From NCBI GenBank assembly GCA_016871255.1, contig VFZH01000004.1, positions 567 through 64,566 on the forward strand: 64,000 nt of DNA. The letters are read 5' to 3'. The translations under genes were made by a program, and so were the position numbers. This stretch comes from Acidimicrobiia bacterium (GTDB lineage Bacteria > Acidobacteriota > Vicinamibacteria > Vicinamibacterales > UBA2999). The notes beneath the pieces are model-generated. The model saw nothing but the letters and a program-made list of their open reading frames with translations, did not search any database and was not told where the DNA came from. Below, piece after piece: positions 38,850 through 46,568 of the stretch (the stretch's first letter is position 1; each line of letters opens with the position of its first letter).

Positions 38850-40517
38850 ATGCTCCGAGCGCTGCGTATCCGGAATCTGGCGGTGATCGAAGCCGCGGAG
38901 CTGGCGTTCGCACCCGGTTTCAACGTCCTCACCGGTGAGACGGGCGCCGGCAAGTCGATCCTGATCGAGGCCGTGGGCCTGCTGCTCGGCGCGCGCGCAT
39001 CCGGCGACATGGTGCGTACCGGCGAGGCGGAAGCCGTGATCGAAGCCGAGTTCGACCCGCCCGCTGGAACCGGCCCGCTGGTGCTCCGTCGCGAGATCAC
39101 GGCGCAGGGCCGCAGCCGCTCCTTCATCGACGGCGAGGTGGCCACGGCAGCGGCCCTTCGCGATCTCTCGCACCAGCTCGTGGAGATTCACGGGCAGCAC
39201 GAGCACCAGCTGCTCCTGAACCCGGTGACGCATCTGCCGATGCTCGACTCACACGCGGGCCTGGCCGCCGAAGCGGAGGCCGTGGCCGAGGCATGGGCGG
39301 CGCTGCGCGCGCTGGAGACCGAGATCGAACGGGCCCGCATGGACGAGCGCGAGAAGGCCGCCCGGCTCGACCTCATCGCCTTCCAGCTCGGGGAGATCGA
39401 GCGCGCGCGCCCGCAGCCGGGCGAGGACGAGGAGCTGGCCGCCACACGCCGCGTGCTCGCCCGGGCCGATCAGCTCCAGCGCCTGTCGCAGCACGCCTAC
39501 GCTGCGCTGTACGAATCCGATCACTCGGCGCTCGCAAGCCTCGGCACCGTGTGGAAGCGGCTGGAGGAGCTCTCGTCGATCGACCCGCGCTCGGCCCCGT
39601 ACCTGGAGATGCGGGACGCCGTCCGCGGCCAGCTCGACGACCTCGCCCTCTTCCTGCGCGACTACGGACTGGGCATCGACGCGTCGCCCGAACGGCTGCA
39701 GCAGGTCGAAGACCGTCTGGCGCTGCTCGAGCGCCTCAAGAAGAAGTACGGCCCCACGCTGGCAGACGTCATCGCCCGCGGCGCACAGCTCGCCGACGAG
39801 CGGCGCCGCATCGAGACCGCCGGCGCTCGTGCCGCCGAGTTCGAGGCCGAACACCACGCGGCCCGGGAGCGCTTCCGCACGCAGGCGGCGGCGCTGTCGA
39901 CAGCACGGCGTGCGGCGGCACCGGCGTTCACGAGCCGGCTCGAGACGCTGCTTGCACGGCTCGCCATGACCGATGCCCGGGTCGAAGTGCGGTTCAACGC
40001 CAGCGACACGCCGGACACACCGTGGAGCGAGCGGGGGATCGACGAGGCCGAGTTCTACGTGTCGCCCAACATCGGCGAGGATCTCCGCCCGCTGGCGCGG
40101 GTCCTGTCCGGAGGCGAGCTCTCACGGGTCATGCTGGCCCTGAAGACGATCGCCGTGTCCGACCGGCCCGGCCGGACGCTGATCTTCGACGAAGTGGACG
40201 CCGGGATCGGGGGGCGGGTGGCCGGAGTGGTGGGGGAGCAGCTCCGGATGCTGGGGTCACGGTTCCAGGTGCTGTGCGTGACGCACCTCCCGCAGATTGC
40301 CGCCTGCGCAGCCACGCAGTTCCACATCGACAAGACCGTGCGCGGCGCCCGCACGGTCACGACGGTGACGCCGCTGGACGAGGCGACCCGGGTAAGCGAG
40401 ATCGCCCGTATGATCGGAGGCTACGCCATCACGGACGAAGTCACGGCCGGCGCGCGCGAACTGCTGCGCGCGAGCCAGGCCGTCGGCGGGACACCGCAAC
40501 GGCGAAAGCGAAAGTGA
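38850..40517 (+). CDS. recN: DNA repair protein RecN
   Basis: Walker A GETGAGKSIL, a long coiled-coil middle, C-terminal LSGGELSRVMLAL and LIFDEVDAGIGG. Confidence 0.94.
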   Translation: MLRALRIRNLAVIEAAELAFAPGFNVLTGETGAGKSILIEAVGLLLGARASGDMVRTGEAEAVIEAEFDPPAGTGPLVLRREITAQGRSRSFIDGEVATAAALRDLSHQLVEIHGQHEHQLLLNPVTHLPMLDSHAGLAAEAEAVAEAWAALRALETEIERARMDEREKAARLDLIAFQLGEIERARPQPGEDEELAATRRVLARADQLQRLSQHAYAALYESDHSALASLGTVWKRLEELSSIDPRSAPYLEMRDAVRGQLDDLALFLRDYGLGIDASPERLQQVEDRLALLERLKKKYGPTLADVIARGAQLADERRRIETAGARAAEFEAEHHAARERFRTQAAALSTARRAAAPAFTSRLETLLARLAMTDARVEVRFNASDTPDTPWSERGIDEAEFYVSPNIGEDLRPLARVLSGGELSRVMLALKTIAVSDRPGRTLIFDEVDAGIGGRVAGVVGEQLRMLGSRFQVLCVTHLPQIAACAATQFHIDKTVRGARTVTTVTPLDEATRVSEIARMIGGYAITDEVTAGARELLRASQAVGGTPQRRKRK

Positions 40518-40521
40518 ATAT

Positions 40522-41892
40522 TTGGCGAAAGCGAAAGCCGGACCTGGACACCCGAGAGCTCCCGTGGCCCCTCGCTACCTGATTGAAACCTTCGGCTGCC
40601 AGATGAACGTGCACGATTCCGAGCGGATGGCCGGTCTGCTCGAGCAGGCCGGCTACGAAGCCGCGCTCGACGAGCGTGACGCGGACGTCGTGGTCATCAA
40701 CACCTGCAGTGTCCGGGAACACGCCGAGGACAAGCTGTACACACGCCTCGGAGAGATCCGGGTGCTTGGCGAGGAAACCGGCCACACGCCCGTCGTCGCC
40801 GTGACGGGCTGTGTGGCGCAGCAGGAGGGGGAGGCGCTGCTCGGCGCCACCAACGGTCGCCTGATCGACGTCGTGCTGGGCACCCAGCAACTCCGCATGC
40901 TGCCCGATCTGGTCGCCCGGGCGACGTCGAACCCGTTCCCCGAAGTGCGGATCGATCCGCAGAACGACGTCAGCTTTCCGCTCGGGATCGCCAGGCGGTC
41001 GGACCCCGTCAAGGCCTACGTGACGATCATCGAGGGCTGCAACGACCATTGCGCCTTCTGCGTGGTGCCGTCGACGCGGGGAGCCGAGCGGATGCGCCGG
41101 AAGGGCGAGATTCTCGACGAGGTGCGCGAAGCGGTCGCCTCCGGCCGCCGGGAAATCCACCTGCTCGGCCAGATCGTGAACCACTACCGGGCACCGGACG
41201 ATCCCGGATGCGACTTCGCCCGGCTCCTGCACGAGGTCGACGCCGTTCCGGGCGTGGCGCGGATCCGGTTTGCGAGCCCGCATCCCCGGCACACCTCCCG
41301 GCCGCTCATCGAAGCGATCCGGGATCTGCCGCGGGTCTGCAAGCACCTGCATCTGCCCGTCCAGTCCGGCTCCTCACGGGTCCTCGCGGCGATGCGGCGG
41401 CGCCACACCCGTGACGACTACCTCCGCCTCGTGGACGACGTCCGCGAGGGTATCCCGAAGATCCAGCTCTCGACCGATATGATCGTCGGGTTCCCGGGCG
41501 AGACGGCGGCGGACTTCGAGGACACGCTGAGCCTGACCAGGCGGGTCGGTTTCCACAGCATGTTCTCGTTCAAGTACTCACCGCGGCCGAACACGCTGGC
41601 GGGGAAGCGGCTGACCGACGACGTGCCGGAGACGGAGAAGACGGCCCGGATCGTCGTCCTCCAGTCGCTGCAGCGAGAGGTGCAGACCGCGCTGCACGCG
41701 AGGGAGGTCGGCCGGGTGGTGGACGTGCTCGTGGATGCCGCCAGCCGGCGCCGGCGCTCCGACGTCTCGGGGCGCACGAGCGGGAACACCGTGGTCAACC
41801 TGCCGGGCGACCCCGGCTGGATCGGGCGGACCGTGCCCGTGCGCATCGAGCGCGCGGGCCCGAACAGCCTGTGGGGCGTGGCTGCCGGCTGA
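40522..41892 (+). CDS. miaB: tRNA-i6A37 methylthiotransferase MiaB
   Basis: UPF0004 N-domain (ETFGCQMNVHDSERM), radical-SAM cluster CNDHCAFCVVP and a C-terminal TRAM domain. Confidence 0.94.
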   Translation: MAKAKAGPGHPRAPVAPRYLIETFGCQMNVHDSERMAGLLEQAGYEAALDERDADVVVINTCSVREHAEDKLYTRLGEIRVLGEETGHTPVVAVTGCVAQQEGEALLGATNGRLIDVVLGTQQLRMLPDLVARATSNPFPEVRIDPQNDVSFPLGIARRSDPVKAYVTIIEGCNDHCAFCVVPSTRGAERMRRKGEILDEVREAVASGRREIHLLGQIVNHYRAPDDPGCDFARLLHEVDAVPGVARIRFASPHPRHTSRPLIEAIRDLPRVCKHLHLPVQSGSSRVLAAMRRRHTRDDYLRLVDDVREGIPKIQLSTDMIVGFPGETAADFEDTLSLTRRVGFHSMFSFKYSPRPNTLAGKRLTDDVPETEKTARIVVLQSLQREVQTALHAREVGRVVDVLVDAASRRRRSDVSGRTSGNTVVNLPGDPGWIGRTVPVRIERAGPNSLWGVAAG

Positions 41893-41920
41893 GGGGCCGG
41901 AGATCAGGGACGGGGCAGCG

Positions 41921-42406
41921 ATGCTGATCGAGATGACGATCAAGGGGCTGATGGTGGATCCAATCACCAACACGCCGATCGTCCTGTTGAAGGACGCGCA
42001 GGGCGACCGTGTCCTGCCCATCTGGGTGGGGATCTTCGAGGCGAACGCCATCGCGCTGCAGATCGAGAACATCGCGATGCCTCGACCGATGACGCACGAC
42101 CTGCTGCGGAACATCATCACCGACCTCGAAGGGAACGTCGACCGGATTGTCGTGTCGGACCTGAAGGACAACACCTTCTACGCCGTGATCCACCTGACGG
42201 TCCGTGGCGAGCGCCTGGCGGTGGACGCGCGCCCGAGCGACGCGATCGCGCTGGCGCTCCGGACCCGCGCGCCGATCCTGGTGGAGGAGGCCGTCATCGA
42301 CAACGCCAAGCCTGTGGACCTGGTGACCGACCGTACCGATCCCGATCGCCTGCAGAAATGGCTGGAGAGCCTCGACCCGGACGATCTCGGGAAGTACAAG
42401 ATGTGA
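41921..42406 (+). CDS. Bifunctional nuclease family protein (DUF151)
   Basis: 161 aa. VLLKDAQGDRVLPIWVGIFEANAIA...MPRPMTHDLL...ARPSDAIALALR is typical of the family. I chose the internal ATG of track ORF 41735. Confidence 0.85.
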   Translation: MLIEMTIKGLMVDPITNTPIVLLKDAQGDRVLPIWVGIFEANAIALQIENIAMPRPMTHDLLRNIITDLEGNVDRIVVSDLKDNTFYAVIHLTVRGERLAVDARPSDAIALALRTRAPILVEEAVIDNAKPVDLVTDRTDPDRLQKWLESLDPDDLGKYKM

Positions 42407-42424
42407 ATGTCGGCCGGCCGACAT
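42407..42424 (+). terminator. 18-bp perfect palindrome directly after the nuclease stop (hairpin, no U-tract)
   Basis: ATGTCGGCCGGCCGACAT can form a 7-bp stem with a CCGG loop. It is followed by TGG rather than a T-run, so terminator function is uncertain. Confidence 0.35.
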
Positions 42425-42445
42425 TGGCGGCCGGCCACCCGCCGT

Positions 42446-42475
42446 TTGACAGCAGCGCGCGGCGGTCCCTAGAAT
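42446..42475 (+). promoter_or_regulatory. Sigma70-type promoter for parAB
   Basis: TTGACA (42446-42451), an 18-nt spacer, then TAGAAT (42470-42475), 24 nt upstream of the parA ATG. Confidence 0.5.
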
Positions 42476-42499
42476 GGCGCCACTCCCTCGGCGCCTCCC

Positions 42500-43270
42500 A
42501 TGATCGTCGCCATCGCCAACCAGAAGGGCGGGGTCGGCAAGACCACCACGGCGGTGAACCTTGCCGCTGCGCTGGCCATGCGAGGCCGGCCCACGCTGCT
42601 CATCGACCTCGACCCCCAGGCCAACAGCAGCCTCTCGTTCCTCGACCTGCGCGCGGTCGAGCGCAGTACGTACGACGCGATTGCCGACGCGCACACCACG
42701 CTCGACGACATCATCCTGCCGGCAGCGCTGGAGAACCTGTCGATCGCACCGGCCCGCATCGCGCTTGCCAAGCTCGAAGGACGCCTGGTGGGGGAGATCG
42801 ACGCGCATTACCGCCTGAAGGACAAGCTGCGGCCGCTCGTGAGCCGCTTCGCGCACGTCGTCATCGACTGCCCCCCGGCCCTCGGCCTGCTGACGCTCAA
42901 CGCCCTGGTCGCCGCAACGCACCTGCTCATCCCTATCCAGTCCTCCTACTTTGCCCTCGAAGGGACGGACGACCTCCTCGAGACGATCGAGAAGGTTCGC
43001 CAGCGGCCGAACCCGGCCCTCCAGATCCTCGGCGTCGTCATCACCATGCATGACAAGCGCACGGCGCTGGGGCGGGACATCCGGGAGCAGATCCAGAAGG
43101 TCTTCGGAGGCAAGGTCTTCAAGACCGTGATCAGCAAGAACGTCCGGCTGGAGGAGAGCCCGGCCTACAAGGAATCGATCTTCACGTACGCGCCCGACTC
43201 GGCGGGCGCCACCGACTACTACAGCCTGTGCGAGGAGGTGATCGAACGTGCCGAAGCGCGGACTGCCTGA
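42500..43270 (+). CDS. parA: ParA/Soj family chromosome partitioning ATPase
   Basis: Deviant Walker A NQKGGVGKTTT, with DLDPQ and IDCPP motifs. 256 aa. Confidence 0.93.
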   Translation: MIVAIANQKGGVGKTTTAVNLAAALAMRGRPTLLIDLDPQANSSLSFLDLRAVERSTYDAIADAHTTLDDIILPAALENLSIAPARIALAKLEGRLVGEIDAHYRLKDKLRPLVSRFAHVVIDCPPALGLLTLNALVAATHLLIPIQSSYFALEGTDDLLETIEKVRQRPNPALQILGVVITMHDKRTALGRDIREQIQKVFGGKVFKTVISKNVRLEESPAYKESIFTYAPDSAGATDYYSLCEEVIERAEARTA

Positions 43271-44084
43271 CACCCTGCGGATGCGGCATGACGAGCACTA
43301 CGTCGAGGCGCTGACCGGAGGGGCCGGTGCGCCCGTCGGCCGGGTGCTGCCGATCGACCAGCTCGATCCGAACCCCGACCAGCCGCGCCAGGTCATGGGC
43401 GATCTGTCGGAACTGATCGCCTCGGTGGTCGAAAAGGGGATCATCGAACCGCTGATCGTCCGCCGCCGTGAGGGGCGCTACCAGATCATCGCCGGCGAGC
43501 GGCGCTACCACGCGGCGGTTCAGGCCGGCCTCCGTGAGGTCCCCGTCGTCGAGCGCGACAGCGACGACGCCGAAGTGCTCGAAATCGCGCTCATCGAGAA
43601 CCTCCAGCGCAAGGACCTGACTGCCTTCGAGGAAGCCGAAGCCCTGGCCCAGTTGGCCGAGCGCTGCGGGTACACGCACGAGGAACTGGCCAGGCGGCTC
43701 GGCAAGTCGCGAACGGCCATCACCGAGGCCCTGTCGCTGAACGCCATGCCGGCTGATATCCGGAACCTCTGTCGGCTGGCCGACATCACCGCCCGATCCA
43801 CGCTGCTCCAGATCGTCCGCCAGGGTGATGCCCGCAGGATGCTGGCCCTGGTGGAACGGCTCACGGCGCAGGGGGGCGGGGCGACACGCCAGCAGGTCCG
43901 CCAGGAAACCGCGACCGAAAAGGCCGGGAAACGACCTCGCCCCTTCACCTTCAACTTCAAGCCCTCCAGCAAGTCGTTCGCGCTCCGGATGACGTTCCGG
44001 AAGGGGCGCGTGGCGCGATCGGAGATCATCGAGACCCTCGAGCAGATCCTCCGGGAACTGCGTGCCGCTCGAGATTCGGACTGA
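43248..44084 (+). CDS. parB: ParB/Spo0J family partition protein
   Basis: ParB box GERRYHAA, with IENLQRKDL and the HTH YTHEELARRLGKSRTAITEAL. GTG start overlaps the parA 3' end. The C-terminal third is atypical. Confidence 0.9.
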   Translation: MPKRGLPDTLRMRHDEHYVEALTGGAGAPVGRVLPIDQLDPNPDQPRQVMGDLSELIASVVEKGIIEPLIVRRREGRYQIIAGERRYHAAVQAGLREVPVVERDSDDAEVLEIALIENLQRKDLTAFEEAEALAQLAERCGYTHEELARRLGKSRTAITEALSLNAMPADIRNLCRLADITARSTLLQIVRQGDARRMLALVERLTAQGGGATRQQVRQETATEKAGKRPRPFTFNFKPSSKSFALRMTFRKGRVARSEIIETLEQILRELRAARDSD

Positions 44085-44169
44085 GGCCGGACCGACGAGA
44101 GGGGGACGACCGCCTCCCGCGGCGCCGTACGAGGGCAAGGCCGTTCCGGCGATTTCTCGTCCCTTCACA

Positions 44170-44197
44170 ACGTCGCATAATGTATGTTCTGTTAACT
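44170..44197 (+). other. dif-like XerC/XerD recombination site
   Basis: ACGTCGCATAA-TGTATG-TTCTGTTAACT, aligned with E. coli dif GGTGCGCATAA-TGTATA-TTATGTTAAAT, is identical at 21 of 28 positions, including an 11-nt run GCATAATGTAT and TGTTAA. It is intergenic and lies in a local AT-rich patch. Confidence 0.75.
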
Positions 44198-44273
44198 TAT
44201 CCCTCCAGCGGTGCCCGTGGCGGCCGCGACGCCCGGTCCCGCCCGCGCCATAATTGACTGCTCCGCCACGAGC

Positions 44274-46568
44274 ATGAAGACGACCCTCGACCGCTACGTC
44301 ATCCGCCAGACCCTCCTGCCGGCGTTCCTCGGCCTGCTGGTGTTCGCCTTCCTGCTCGTCGTTGACGTCCTGCTGCCAACCGCCGAAGAGCTCATCGCCA
44401 AGAACGTCCCGGCCGGCATCATCCTGACGCTGACCCTGACGCTGCTGCCGCAGGCCCTCGGCCTCGCCATCCCGATGGCGCTGCTTTTGGGGCTGCTCGT
44501 GGCCTTCGGCCGGCTGTCCACGGACCGCGAATGGGTGGCGCTCCAGGCCTGCGGCATCGGCCTGACCCGGCTCCTCTGGCCCGTCGCGTTGCTCTCGACC
44601 GTCGCGTTTGCCGCGACCTCGTACGTCCTCCTGGTCGCCCTGCCGAACGCCAACCAGAACTACCGCGAGATCATCTTCTCGATCCTGTCCACCCGGGCCG
44701 AGGGCGAGGTCAAGCCACGCGTCTTCTTCCAGGAGTTCCCCAACCTGGTGCTGTACGTCCGCGATCTGCCGCGGTCAGGTGGCTGGCAAGGCGTCTTCCT
44801 GGCCGACTCCCGACCCGGCCAGCCCCAGGCGATCTACGTCGCCCGGCAGGGCCGTGTCGTCATCAACCGGGACCTGCGCCGCGTCGAAATGGTCCTCGAG
44901 GACGGCGGCAGCCACATGCTGAGCGACGCCGGCTCGTATGAGATCTCGAGTTTCGACCGGACCATCCTCAGCGTGAATCCCGAAACGGTCTTCCCGCGCA
45001 TCGGACCCGGCAGGGGCGAACGCGAGATGGCGATTCCGGAGCTGCGGGAACGCATCGTGGAGCTGGAACGGCAGGGGCTCTCCACGGTCACCCCGCGGGT
45101 GGAGATTCACAAGAAGTTCGCGATCCCCTTCGCGTGCCTGGTCTTCGGGCTGATCGGCCTCTCGCTCGGCGCGAGCACCCGCCGTGAGGGCCGGCTGGCG
45201 AGCTTCGTCGTCGGCATCGTCGTGATCTTCACTTACTACGTCCTGCTGGAGTCTTCGTCGAACCTGGCGCGCGGCGGCTTCCTTCCGCCCTGGCTCGCGG
45301 TCTGGCTCCCCAATGTCGTCTTCGGCACGCTGGGGATCTGGCTGTTCGTCCGCCGGCTGCGCGCCATCGGCCGCTCCTCGCGCTGGGCAATCGGCCTGGC
45401 GGCGCTGCAGGCCCGGCTGCCCGGCCGCCCGGCCCGACCGGCGGCACCGACACTGCTGGGCACCCGTCTCACCTTCCCGCGGCTGCTCGACCGCTATGTC
45501 ATGCTGCTCTACGGGCGCATCTTCGCGATCGCCGGCGCTGCGCTCGTCGGGGTGTTCCACCTCTCGACGTTCATCGACCTGTCCGACGAGGTACTCCGCG
45601 GAGACGCGACCTGGTCCCAGCTCGGCGGGCACGTCTGGTTCGCCACCCCGCAGGCGCTCTACTACGTCCTTCCGATCTCCGTGCTCCTCGCCACGCTGAC
45701 CACGATCGGCATGCTCACGCGCCACAGCGAGCTGGTCGTCATGAAGGCGTGCGGCATGAGCCTGTACCGCGTGGCCGTGCCGCTCGTCCTGACCGCGGCC
45801 GTGGTGTCCGGCGTGCTGTGGCAGCTCCAGGAGCGGCTGCTGGGCCCGGCCAACTACCGCGCCGAAGGCCTGCGCCACGTGATCCGTGGCCGGTCGCCGG
45901 AAACCTTCGACGTGCTGAGCCGGCGCTGGGTGACCGGCACCGGAGGGGAGATCTACAACTACGACTTCTTCAACCCCCGGGAACGCGTACTCGGAGGCCT
46001 GTCGGTGTACCGCCTGTCCCCTGACATGTCGCAGGTGGAGGGACGGACGTTTGCCGAGCGCGCCTCCTTTGCGCCGGATGCTCCGGCCGCCACCACCGTG
46101 TGGCACGCAGAGCGCGGGTGGGCGCGCGACTTCTCGGGTCCCGGCGTGAGCTACGAGCCGTTCGACGCGATGGCGCTCGACCTCGAACCGGCGGACTACT
46201 TCTCGACGCAGGAACCGAACCCCGACTTCATGAGCTACGGCCAGCTGCGCGACTACATCGCCCGGCTCGACGCGGGGGGACTGGACGTCATCGAACAGCG
46301 CGTGGCGCTCGAGCGCAAGGTGGCGTTTCCCCTCGCCACGCTCATCATGACGCTGATCGGCGTCCCCTTCGCCGTCACCACCGGCAGCCGCGGCGCGATG
46401 TACGGCATCGGTGTCGGGATCGTGCTCGCGTTCCTCTACTGGGGGGCGATGAGCGTCTTCGCGGCGCTGGGGACGGCGGGCCTGATGGAGCCGGCGCTGG
46501 CAGCCTGGTCCCCGAACGCCCTGTTCGGCGCAGGCGCCGGCTATCTCGTCCTCACGGCCCGGACCTGA
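44274..46568 (+). CDS. Fused LptF-LptG LPS export permease (two YjgP/YjgQ modules in one ORF)
   Basis: 764 aa. The first module starts LDRYVIRQTLLPAFLG and the second starts LLDRYVMLLYGRIFAIAG at about residue 400. Each has TM helices flanking a periplasmic beta-jellyroll-sized insert. Confidence 0.85.
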   Translation: MKTTLDRYVIRQTLLPAFLGLLVFAFLLVVDVLLPTAEELIAKNVPAGIILTLTLTLLPQALGLAIPMALLLGLLVAFGRLSTDREWVALQACGIGLTRLLWPVALLSTVAFAATSYVLLVALPNANQNYREIIFSILSTRAEGEVKPRVFFQEFPNLVLYVRDLPRSGGWQGVFLADSRPGQPQAIYVARQGRVVINRDLRRVEMVLEDGGSHMLSDAGSYEISSFDRTILSVNPETVFPRIGPGRGEREMAIPELRERIVELERQGLSTVTPRVEIHKKFAIPFACLVFGLIGLSLGASTRREGRLASFVVGIVVIFTYYVLLESSSNLARGGFLPPWLAVWLPNVVFGTLGIWLFVRRLRAIGRSSRWAIGLAALQARLPGRPARPAAPTLLGTRLTFPRLLDRYVMLLYGRIFAIAGAALVGVFHLSTFIDLSDEVLRGDATWSQLGGHVWFATPQALYYVLPISVLLATLTTIGMLTRHSELVVMKACGMSLYRVAVPLVLTAAVVSGVLWQLQERLLGPANYRAEGLRHVIRGRSPETFDVLSRRWVTGTGGEIYNYDFFNPRERVLGGLSVYRLSPDMSQVEGRTFAERASFAPDAPAATTVWHAERGWARDFSGPGVSYEPFDAMALDLEPADYFSTQEPNPDFMSYGQLRDYIARLDAGGLDVIEQRVALERKVAFPLATLIMTLIGVPFAVTTGSRGAMYGIGVGIVLAFLYWGAMSVFAALGTAGLMEPALAAWSPNALFGAGAGYLVLTART

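Noticed and set aside
44244-44260. Second dif-like fragment CGCGCCATAATTGACTG, 50 bp downstream of the dif-like site, which might mark an integrated Xer-dependent element.
   Set aside because: Only a XerC-arm-like half (GCGC-CATAA, with an extra C) is present. There is no central region or XerD arm, and no foreign-looking genes lie between the two sequences. It could equally be a -10-like CATAAT for lptFG.
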